A stretch of DNA of 64,000 bases from Klebsormidium nitens (lineage: Eukaryota; Plantae; Klebsormidiophyceae). Where the stretch lies: contig DF237371.1 of assembly GCA_000708835.1 (NCBI GenBank), forward strand, positions 15,635-79,634. Direction: 5' to 3'. The notes beneath the pieces were generated by a model. It saw only the letters and a list, made by a program, of their open reading frames with translations, did no database searches and was not told the DNA's origin. Positions 14,902-25,808 of the stretch are shown in pieces; the stretch's first letter is position 1, and the number at the start of each line of letters is the position of its first letter. Made by a program: the position numbers and the translations under genes.

Positions 14902-16712
14902 TCAATTTTCAGAACTTTTTGAAGCGAGCACAGGAGCGGACTGCCTTGTGAGCAAGAGGAATGCCTCGGCCACTATTGTGATCAAAGCGTCTGGTGTCCG
15001 TACAAGAGCCTCTTTGAGAAAGCACCAGATTGACAGATCGTCTAGTTTTTGTTCAGACTACACAAAGACGGACCCTGGAATGGAACGTGGTCGATGCCTT
15101 CACAGGCGCAAACAGAGCGTTCCAACCTACGTTTATGTTTGGCCCCCTTATTGTACTAGAGGACAGAACTCAAGTGGTGGTGCAGGTTCTCATCGAAGTT
15201 GAGGAGACTATCCGTGTGACAGAAACGTCGCCTCTACTAGCAGGTTACACACCACATGGGAGAGCGCAAGCTACTCTTCACAGCGCTTGCACGCAAGACA
15301 TTCTGATGTGCTTACCTATGAAAAGTGACAGCTCAGCGGCCCCACTGAAGGTCCAGCTTGTGAAGAGATGCTCAATTGCAGCTGCTCAATCAATTTTGGA
15401 ATCATGAATGGTCCAGTGAGCAGCATCGGAGGATAACAAACCTGCGCAGGTTGTGTATCCAGCGGCCAGATGCGGCCTCGCTGCGCATCCAGCCTGCGCC
15501 AATGGTGCCACCTTGAGCTCCCGCCAGACACCAATAGGCCAAGCGACGGTCTTGGATTTGAGCAGCTGAGAGATTTTCAGAAACCCTGCCCAATGCTTTT
15601 GAGTTTTTCAGTCGCTGAACGGCAGATGCGGCTGTCGGTGCTCTTAACTCGGCTTGTTTGTGTACGAAAATCCAAGATCAATTTGCCTCAAGGTTTCTGG
15701 ATTTGGACACGCCGATTGCTTGAAAAGCAATCTCGAGTCGCACCGGTGAATGCAATTGGCTGAATGGAGAGCTCCCTAGGGTGATGCTGAAAGCTTCGTG
15801 AGAGAAATTCAAGAAGGAAGAGATGGTTCTTCGTTTGTAGAAGTACGGTAAAGAAGCAGCTGCGGACCTGATTCAACAATGTAAGACTTTAATGTGTTGA
15901 TGCAGGATCGCCTGCCCCCCAACATTCACGAAAGTTTGCTGGCATGAAAATTGCGGCTTGCCAAACAATGGCCCTGGGCGCCCAAGCCTAGGATAGGTGG
16001 TAAATGCCGGGCTGCCAGGAAAGCATATGCCAGTCTCTAGTGGTGCGCGCCGAGCATGCCTCGCTCTAGTTGTTGACACTGACAGTGCATGACATAGATC
16101 CTCGCTGTGCCAGCTCGGATCAGCGCAGCCGTCCGATGACGTGTACGGTCGAAACCACCACCTCGACTTGTGCTCTACACGGGGATCACTCAAAAGAGCA
16201 CAAAGCAACCGCCCTCCTGCCACCAGCCTTTTGCAGTATTTCAGAATTGGTAGATCAGTTTATGGTAGATGACACCGGCCGCATGTCCCGGCCGCTTTTT
16301 GGGTCTTTGGAGGGGGTCAATCACATATCTCGGGCGTCTGACTAGGGTTAGAGGGGACCGATTCTGAAGATGCTGACCGGTCAATGATGGACAGTTGTTG
16401 CGCAACGGAGGACAGCCGATTGGTCAGCGAGGCGATGGTCTTGACTCTTCCAGCGCGTTGGTCAAAACCATCAGGGGCGTCCTCCTCGGGGAGCAGGCTG
16501 TGCAGACTCCAGAGGGTGGACGAGCATGAGGCTGAGGGTCAGCATTTGAGGGGCGCCATCTTTTGCCCAGACCATTTCGAAAATTTTAACCTTTCCATGT
16601 AGGTACCTAGAGCAGTTCTTAAGAGCTTGGAAGTGAACGTAGCAGGGGCTTCGGCACCTTCCCACACGTCTCTTGGAAAGCAATCTCCACGTGCTTCTGG
16701 CTGCCATTTCAT
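14902..16712 (-). CDS. Possible spliced gene of unknown function (weak model)
   Basis: Phase-compatible candidate exons 16712-16607 (MKWQPEARGDCF...LLRTAL) and 16531-~16390 (...LWSLHSLLPEEDAPDGFDQRAGRVKTIASLTNRLSSVAQQLSIIDR), then helical-looking open segments (LVAGGRLLCALLSDPR; RLAYAFLAARHLPPIL; DLSIWCFLKEALVRTPDALITIVAEAFLLLTRQ...SSEN*). No recognised domain; internal exons unresolved. Confidence 0.3.
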
Positions 16713-16761
16713 CTTCCCACCAAAAACATCCAGGCTTGGGGGTCGGAGACCGAGTTGAACC

Positions 16762-18532
16762 ATGGCTTTTGTGGGTGCGGTTGATCGAGTCACTTCAGTC
16801 CATGCAACGATTGTTGGGCGGAGCCTGGAAGCAGGCCGACGGAATGGGGAGCGATTGGCTGGCCCTGCCCCACTTATGCGGAGCCAGGCAGACGAGGGAA
16901 TGCCTGGGGTCTGTTCAACTAGTGGCAGGACTCACCTCAGAAGTCCAGGCTTCCGGCGGCGAGCCACCGCTCCTTTGTTTGCCGAGACAGGGCATGAGGA
17001 GTTCTACAGTGGTGCTGTTGTTGGCAAGAGAGGGCTGACGAGGACGAGCGTTACGGCCTCGGCGGTTCTGCGAGAGGGCCAACTCGACGACATCTATCAG
17101 AGGGCCAGAGATCTTGGTCGGGCGGAAGATGTGGCTGCAGGCCATCCAACACAGGTGAGTGAACAGAGTTTGCGCTTGTACTCATTGGGGTGGTATTTGA
17201 GGTGAACCCGCTCATATTGCGAGGTGGAGCACGTTCCACTAGCTGGGGGCATATCTGTTACTTTTCACAGTCAACGTGTCAGCCTCTCTGGTTGCTGGAA
17301 GCTGATGAGAGTCGATGAGAGCCGATGGGAGCTGATTGGGCACCCCTTGCTGGCCTAGCGAGAGGGCTTAAGACTGCGTGTTTTCATGCTAGGTGTCAGG
17401 TTACTGGTGTAAACCCATCTGTTTGCAGTACTCTCTCCCCATTGCACATTAGTCTGGTCGGTCAGATCAACGCTGTCGATGATGACAATGCTGCTTATTC
17501 ATAAAAGAAATATCAATGAGTTGGCCCATTCAATTTTGATGAAGCTGGAGTGTCCTTTGCGCTCTCCTTAAGTGAAGCTGACCAAGAACCCATGTGTACT
17601 TTTGGATGTCGCTATTGCGGCTGTCAGTCTTGAGCTTGGTTTCAAAGCAGTGAGTACGCAGGGAAGTTCTGCTTCTTCCTGTTGAAGGGTTTCTGCAGTC
17701 GTCAGAGGCTACAGCCATTTCTGTTTGTATCCTAACCACAGCAATCAAAGCCTCTGAACCTTTGAATCTTTTCCACCTTCCCCGGTCTCATTCATCTTTG
17801 AGTTCTAACATGCCTGTTAACTCTGTTGTTCTGCAGGAGGGCTTTCTGGCGCTGTCCACAGAGGTCAGGGAGATGCGGAAGCAGCTGAACAGCATGGAGA
17901 AGGCCATGCGCAAGATGAAGGATTCATCGTCCTCATCAAGCAGCAGCAGCAGCAGCAGCTCCTCCTCCAGCAGTAGTGACGACGGGATGGGAAAGAGCGT
18001 ACGAAAGGCCATGAAGCTGGAGGCCAAGCGGCGGAAGGCTGACAGGAAGGCAGCGAGCAAGGGCCTGAAAGGGCTTCGAGCGAGGGCGGGGGCGTTGATG
18101 ATGGACCGGATGGGGGCCGTCGACGGTCTTCAAAGGGAGGCTGCGGCTGTCGGGGTAATGACGAGCACAGATGTGCTGAGGGTCGCAGCGGCGAAGTCAG
18201 CGGTCAAAGCGGGGAAGGTGGAAGTGTGCATGAGCGGCAAGTGCCGGAAGTATGGGGGTATGGGCATTCTCCAAGCGGTGAATGCGGCGTTGCCTGCAGG
18301 GTCTGCTGTTGAGGCCAGCCCTTGCAAGTGCCTAGGGAAGTGCGGGTCTGGACCTAATGTAAAAGTACGGCCAGAAGGAACGAGCTCGACGCTGCACACC
18401 CATGTGGAGCCGAACGATGTGGAGGCCATTTTATGGCGCCATTTTGGCCTTGAGAAGAGTGGACAACGGCCGTTGGGCCCGAGGATCCCTGCGGTCGCAT
18501 CCGCGAGCAAAATGCTGGAGCTTGTGAGTTAG
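16762..18532 (+). CDS. DGAT3: Soluble diacylglycerol acyltransferase 3-like protein with thioredoxin-like [2Fe-2S] domain (~362 aa); exons 16762-17154, 17837-18532
   Basis: Transit-peptide-like N-terminus, poly-Ser tract, Lys-rich segment and VEVCMSGKCRK...CKCLGKCGSGPNV cysteine motif characteristic of plant DGAT3. Phase-0 intron (CAG|GTGAGT...TGCAG|). Confidence 0.88.
17939..17959 (+). repeat. (AGC)7 coding microsatellite within the DGAT3 poly-Ser tract
   Basis: agcagcagcagcagcagcagc is seen directly in the sequence. Confidence 0.9.
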
Positions 18533-20190
18533 GAGAGTCTGCGGTTTTGCCGTTGAGCGCATTGCTTTTGAGATCAATCGAGAAACTTAGGTTGAGATGC
18601 TTTGTAAGTCGGTTGGGTTGGAGGAGGAGTAGCTTTGTGTACCATAACCTGAGCCAATTTGATCATCAGGCTAGGCCTCGCTCGCAAATTGATTTGATTC
18701 CATGGAGAGTTCACCCGCTGTGCCCCACTATTCAAGGGCTTTCATTCAGTCCCGTTGGACATCAAGACAAAAGTGACGTTGTCAAGACATGAGTTAGAGC
18801 AATAAAATTGATTCAATCTTAAAAGGTGCTGCCAAACCAGCTTTGCACTCTAGTGGTCTCATCTGTTGTATCCAATCAATGGACCGTGGCTATAGCCTGT
18901 GCAGATTGCATATGTTGCTGCCCCCAATAAACCGAGTGATCTTGCTTGATACTGTTTGACAAACATACCGACAATTATAAATACAGCTAGGCCTCCCTCC
19001 TTGCCAATGTCCTCGCATGTCAAGTTTTGTTGCTCGTGTAGCTGGATCAACACATTTCAGACCCTTCTCAAAGTTGCCAGTGAGGAGTTCTGCTTGCCAG
19101 TGAGGAGTTCTGCAACGACATGAACCGCGCTCAGCTCTTGTCCTCGAGCATGCGCATATGGGACTGTGTACATACCTAACATAATGCCCCCTTGTTGCAT
19201 CAAAGAGCTCGTGGCAAGTTAGGCCTACCTATAGGAGAAGCAGAGTGGCCTGACCGATCGGGTTGACGCGTACATCTACCAAATGCACATCGTAGTGACT
19301 ACTGGGTATTGAAAGCAGCAAGCGCTTCCCTTGGAAAGCACTGGAACTTGGAAGTAACTTAGTGGGTCGGTGGCGTCGAAACTATTTCAAAATCAAATAA
19401 AGTCTGGTAAACTTAGACTTCAATCGTCGTGTGGGCCTGGTGGTCATCAGTAGGATTTATGAGCTTCAACCCGTGTGCTTGGCACGAGAGGCTGCATTTG
19501 GGTCTCAAAACTTCCAGGCAGTCCCAACTGGTAAGACCCCAAAGTTGCCCAAACAATCTTGAATCACCACTCGAGCACTGCTGTATCGTACCTAGTCCGG
19601 CAAAGTACTGTACACTGTAGTACGGTACATACTACAGCCTACAGGAGCATATTTTTCCAAAACTCATTGGATTTTCAGATTCTGCATGCCTCTAGAAAGA
19701 ACCTGATTGGTCATATTTTCCTCGATGAAAGCTTTGGGCACTATGAGCCGTTAGATGATATTTCGGTTCATACTGGGTAACTGGGCATCTTGCAGATCCC
19801 TGTAAAATCAGCACAAAATCCCGTAGCAAGTTACAACTTACAACACATAGGGTAAATATTAAATGATTATTTGGCCTGACGAATTCCGCTGGAAAATATT
19901 CTGGGCGGTAATGGACCGATAATGGTTTTGTTTAGCAGGTAACGCTAGGGCTGCCGAAACCCGCAAACGTTTCATATTTAATTATCTGGCGTCGAACCTG
20001 ACGAAATTAAACGCTGGTACGGTATCTAACATTGCTCTGCATGCACATTGCAAGGCCCCGGCTGGGCGTTGAAAGTTTTGAGTCAGAGCAAGGAGATTCA
20101 AGAGCGCCCATAAACCAGCTGAGGCCTAGGGGCTACCTCTCTGTTTATGAAAGTTGACGTGAGCCCCGTGCGGCATCACTTCCTCGCACA

Positions 20191-23100
20191 ATGAGCGCTC
20201 CCGCTTCAGGCAGCCCCCTCTCTCGCGATGCTGTCGCCTCGCACCCCTTGCAGGAGGGGGTGCCAGTCGACTCCCCCTCCACTTCCGAGCCACAGACCCC
20301 CGTCAAGGAGGCCACTTTTCCCAGTAGCTTCCGAAGGCGAGCGATCGGGGAGGTGCCTGGGAGCTTGGAGGGGGTTGCTCAATTGGCGAGGGAGGGGGCA
20401 TGGCGCTCCATTTTGGTGAAGTTCAAGGAGAGGGCGGAGGCGGGGCCACCTGCGGAGCAGCTGGTGTGGCAGACCTGGAATGTGCTGGCGCTGGTCAAGG
20501 TGAGGCGTCTAGGAATGGGCTTTGATTCTAACTACCATTCTTGTCCTGTCTTGAAGTGCTAAATGCATGGAAGGCTCCTTTTGGAGCAATCGACGGAGGG
20601 TGGAAATGCAGGCGTCTCTTTCTGCATAGAAGGTCATTGGTGGTGTTTTGCTATGCTGTTTTCCATGATCATCAAATCAAAGCTGCGCCAGGAGAATTTG
20701 TGCACACTTGGTCTTGAAAGCACCAATCAATGGGTCCCCCACCACGGGCACCCGAGAAGATCTGGTGCATTCAGTGGTCCAAGCTTCTGTCTGCGTGTCA
20801 AGGCATCATTTCGGGCGCCTTCTGCTTCCCGGCTCCCTTCTGTCATGATCATCTGGGCTTGGGCGCCACAACTCAAACAAGACGCTTGCATGAGAATCAA
20901 TTTTCGTGGAACATTCAGTAGCACATCCTACCACTCGCACTGTAAGCGACGGCTCTGGAAAATCGTCTTTCCAAAGGCTGCCTCGCAACCTCACCAACCG
21001 AGTTTTGAGATAACTCCCCCTTCCCATACATATGCCACTAACATCAACTTCTCTCCCCCTCCACACAACAGCTCCGCATGTACGGCGCGGCTGCCGACGA
21101 GCTCCGGAGCATCGGTGACATCAGCAGCCCTCGCTTCCGGTACGAGGAGCACCCGGGAGAGTATCCTGAGCGGAGCGGTTCGTTTGTGCCGTTTGCGCTG
21201 AGGTGGTTGCACGCGGAGCTGCCACATCGCCTCGGCCAGGCGGGGGCGACCATGGACCGCCTGTATTCTCTCCTGGAGCTCTGCAAGGTCAGCCGCACCT
21301 AGTTCCTCTGCTTATGTTTGATTTCTTTTCTCTCTTCTCCTCATTGATCCTTCTTGTTTCCTGTTTCTTGTTCGTGGTTGTTCTCATGTGATACTGTCAC
21401 GTTCATAGGGCCACTGGGCATGCCAAAGTTGAGAGCCGCTTTGGTTCAGACTATTTGAAGAGCCTCCAATGACACCTCTCTCCTTGGTCCCACAATCGAC
21501 CTTCTGGAACGCCTCAAGGCTGAGGCACAGTGCAACCTGCTTACAATCTCGATTTGCACTGTATTCAGAAGTTGATGTTTCCCCATCAGGAGATCTTCTT
21601 GCGGAGGATGGATTTATTTCCCTCCAATTCAAATCGGACTCAAGAGGTTGTTGATGTCATGTCTTTCCGTACCCAGGTGGAAGTTGCCCGCAGGTCCGCG
21701 GCAGTGCCAGGTGGCGCTGCGCTGTTAGCTGGCGACAACGCTGCCCCGGGGGACTGGCTGGCAGCGAGCGATGTTGGTGTGAGCGGTCGGGAAGACTTTC
21801 TGACGGGCGAACTGGCGGGGCTTAGCATCAGTGGGGAGCGACCTGAAACGGGTGAGCGGATGTGCAGATTCGCACAGCCCTTCGAGAGGGCAACTTCGGA
21901 GAATGATCTAGGTGTTCCTGTATGTAAAAACCAGTAGGAATCAGCTTGAAGCTGCTGCTGACGGGTTCAGCTGACTAATTGTCAGGCTTGCTTTCGTGTC
22001 TAGCCACCGAAAGGATCCGACGAGGCACCGTTTCTCAGGGGTTTTTCCTCTTCGCGGTCTTTTCTGTCCTTTCTTGCCCTCTCATACACCTCAAAGCGTA
22101 TCCGCTGTTCTTGGCAGACCCTGTGATTTGTCGGGAACCAGAAGCATCTTGGATCGGGCTCAGTTTTGACCCGTATTGTTCGCATCGGTTACTTTCGGGT
22201 CCGAGCCCCGTCAACTAAATCATGGTTTTTGGGCCCGGAAAATTGAGCCCGAGCCTGATCGGTGTGATGTCGACTCGCTTCGAAATCAATCAGGCTCGGG
22301 CTCAAAATGTCCGAACTGAGCCCGATCCGGCTCCGTTTTGACCGAAAAATGCCAAGTGCGGATGCCCTATTTATCCCTTTGAAGCCTTTTGCCCCCTCAG
22401 GATCCTCCCAGCTTGCGGGAGAAGCGAGCGCCTTGGATAGCTTCCTCTTGCCAACCCCAGGGAATCGCTTTTTCTGCACAACCCGTGGGATGAGAGCCCA
22501 TTGATCTCCTCGTACCTCCGAGTGTGAATTCGGAGGTCACCTTTCTTTTCTTCCCTTTCCTCCATCAATAAGTCGACCCAGCTCCCCTTTTTGCAGACTC
22601 CACCGGTCTGCTAGGGGACGCAGACGCCTCGAGCGGCGCCCCCCCCTCGACGTCCGGCGCGGCGGAGGTGCGGACGTGGCGGCGGCGGCAGGAGGTGGTG
22701 CTGCTATCGATCCTGAACCTGCACCTGCAGCAGCGCGACTTTGCGGCGGCGCTCAGCTGGCTGCACGCGCTGCTGCGGCAGCGGGGGAAAGACCCGCACG
22801 TGTGGGCGATGCTCGGGTGCGTCCAACTGCAGGTGAGGCGACGCTGGGAGGACTCTGCTTGTGAAACTTGAACATTTTGGTTTCTTGTCCTTTATCTTTT
22901 CCTTTTACTTGTCTTCGCAAGATGCGTCCATTGCAGGTGGGGTGAGGCTGGGATGCGTTTGGAAAAGTCCCTTATTGGCTTTGGAGAACCTGCCTCCAGC
23001 AGCTTCTGAGGGAGGACTCTGTTCCGGGGGGTTGGCTTGCTGTTCGGATGGCTGATGCGCGAACGAGAATACACTGCGACAACTGCTCTGGCGGTCGACG

Positions 23101-24152
23101 GTTGTACGGGTGCTCATATTGCGAGAGTGTAATGTCCGGAGCTAAACGACCACTGTTCATCAGGCTTGGTCCACTCTTTCTGGACAAAGCCTCGTTCGCT
23201 TCTCCTTCAATCAACGACGGATTCTTCATTCTGTGTGATGCTGCACAGGGGGCCCCGCATCGATAAGTCTCACTTCTATCCTGAGTCACATCAGTTACCC
23301 GAGCTTAACGGATCAAGAGTCTAAACCTATGAACACTCTTCAAACTCGTACCCACCCTGTTAACCCCCAAACCAACGCCACCCGACTGCGCATGACCTAA
23401 GTCGACACACCGTAACTTAACCCAAAGTCGGTACTACTCCCAATCGGCCTCCGGCCAGACCGGTAGAACTCATCCGGCCCCTCTTGAACTGTAGATGGGC
23501 GACTTGGAGGCTGCCCGGGCCACCTTCACGCGGTCGGAGCAGCTGATGGGCGATGCCGCGCAATCGTCGCTTTTGCTGCACCGCAACCGGGGCCTCCTGC
23601 ACTTCGCGCTCAAGAACTACTCGGCAGCGCTGGAGGAGTGGGACCTCATACTAGTTGCCCAGCCCTGGAACGCGGGTAAGCCTGCCACGTGGTGACGAGA
23701 ACGAGAACCCAACAATACGAGCCTAGCAAGCTTTTGTACCCTGTCTCCCGGCTCCACGGTGGACGATCGCAGCTTCGTCATTCCTTACTCAATATTGCGT
23801 TTCAGGATTACTGGTATGATCTTTTTCGGTGCACCTCGGACTATGCCGTTTGATAAGCCTCTTGTACAGTCCTCGTTGGCTGCAAAACTCTTTGGTTTGT
23901 CGCCCTACAGTTGCTGCCAACAACAAGGCGCTCTGCCTCATGTACTCCCGCGACCTTGTTGGCGCGATCGCCGTCCTGGAGCGCACTCTGCGGGAGCACC
24001 CCCTCCAAGCGCTCAACGAAACTCTCGTCCTCAACCTGGCGTCGATGTACGAGCTAGCCTCCAGCAACGCGGCCGAGCTGAAGCGGACTCTTTCGGCCTG
24101 GATCTCGAAGATCGCTCCAGACGACTTTGATATCCTGTGCACAAGGACGTAA
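20191..24152 (+). CDS. TRAPPC12: Trafficking protein particle complex subunit 12 (TPR protein, ~452 aa); exons 20191-20499, 21072-21287, 21677-21851, 22597-22832, 23495-23675, 23911-24152
   Basis: GSFVPFALRWLHAELP, TPR-like helices, and C-terminal VAANNKALCLMYSRDL...LNETLVLNLASMYEL...PDDFD...CTR. Phases are consistent. Confidence 0.9.
22151..22328. mobile_element. Nested inverted-repeat (fold-back/MITE remnant) in TRAPPC12 intron 3
   Basis: Outer perfect 15-bp IR at 22151-22165 / 22314-22328 (ggatcgggctcagtt). Inner perfect 17-bp IR at 22243-22259 / 22289-22305 (ttgagcccgagcctgat). Repeated gagcccga-like motifs. Confidence 0.55.
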
Positions 24153-25216
24153 CACGTCACCAGGATCTGACGGATCAAGTCAATTCTGCGCTTTACTCAC
24201 CCTTTTGCTGAAAATGCGCTTGAATTGTATGGTTGTTGCGTTCTTTGTGTCCCTTGGAAGCGTCCGCTAATCCATGAGATTGAGAGTTGCATCCCGCCAC
24301 TGACATTTGCGCATATGCATGTGTGTCCAAACTGGCGCGTTGCATACACCGTAAGCCTGAGCTCTTCAATGTAGGAGCTCAGAAGGAGTCTAGTGTAGGT
24401 GCCGGCTGGCGGCGCGGGCCTTTTTGCGTTTGGCAGCCGCACAAACTCAACGTGCTCCTGCAACCATAACATTACTAGATAATTCATCTGCGGATTTGGA
24501 GATACCTAAAGCTGACCATGAAGCTACTCTAGCTCTTACAACGGTTCATTTAGGTGCTCTATCTAGCTCACCATCAAGGCGGGCCTGAGCTACAAACCGT
24601 CACACGCTCAGCTCTGTGAAGCGGCTTCAACTGAAAGACTGCTCATCATGAGTGATTCCCTAGCGGCGGCTAGCTTTGTGCTATACTTAGTATGACACCG
24701 TGTAGCCGCATGCGGGCGCCGCTTAGCACTATTGGAAGCAAACGCGCGCATGGATAATCTTCTATCAGCTTGACCCTGTATGCCATGTGCAACAGAATCA
24801 CGTTCAGTGTGCGCGCAGCATGCAGATCATGGATGAGCGCTGTACGTTAACTTGTTTGTCGCGCGCTCGATCCTTTTCTTTGCTTGTACGTATTTAGGAG
24901 TGATGCTGACTCGCGGCTGTCCGTAAGCATATGAGGAGCGTATCATGTGGTGCAATCCACTTGCCTGGTTGCTGGGCACCGATAGCCAGGCTCTCCCTAG
25001 CTCGTCGATACCACGCAGAAAGTGAAATTATACACACGGCGGTCGTCCATGTAGTAACTGCGGTTATCTATCGCATCACATTGAATATATTGCCAACAGA
25101 TGGGACCAGGAATCACTGGAATCTATGGCCGCCACATCCATGCGCCATCCGATCAATGCAACCAATTCTGATGCAAAGTTTTCCGAAGTCGGACATATTC
25201 GAGAGATCTCTCATAT

Positions 25217-25246
25217 GAATGGACTATGTTCGAACATAGTCCATTC
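25217..25246. repeat. Perfect 30-bp palindrome, with an adjacent perfect 12-bp palindrome at 25201-25212
   Basis: gaatggactatgttcgaacatagtccattc equals its own reverse complement, as does gagagatctctc. Confidence 0.9.
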
Positions 25247-25808
25247 TGAAAGATTCGTCTCTAGATAGTTTTTAAAGTTCGCGTTCTGTGTCTTCTGGGT
25301 AGAGTGCAACCCCCGAATGAGCACTAAGTGACTACTAATTCAGGCTTTGAAATCGAAGTAAGAGATGCTTCAACTGCGGAGATAGTATTGCGATCTATAT
25401 TGTGAGTGAAAAAAGTCTTTGATTTGCACCTAAGAACCTGCAAAGTTCTAATACTCTTGCCTACCGACGCCTAACACCTCACTCACTGAGTAAGACTGCA
25501 CTCGAAACAAAGTCAATTGTAGCAAAGTTTGACGCAAAAGTACCGTAAGTCTCCTTGTCATTCTAAAACGCGAAGCACGTCCGTAACACATTCTCGCACT
25601 TCACCAATGGTCTAACATAGTTGAAGATCTGCGCTCTTCTCCGAAAATAAACGTCGTCAAGTTCAGGACTTTCAGCAGTTTCATCCGCATAGCCTTCACA
25701 GGAAGTTCTCCATCATCTCTCAGCTCTTGTCGCGACCAAACCACCTTGAATGAAGAACTGCGGGGTTCATTTCATCGACGAAGCATCAGGCACCGACAGC
25801 TGGCCTTG

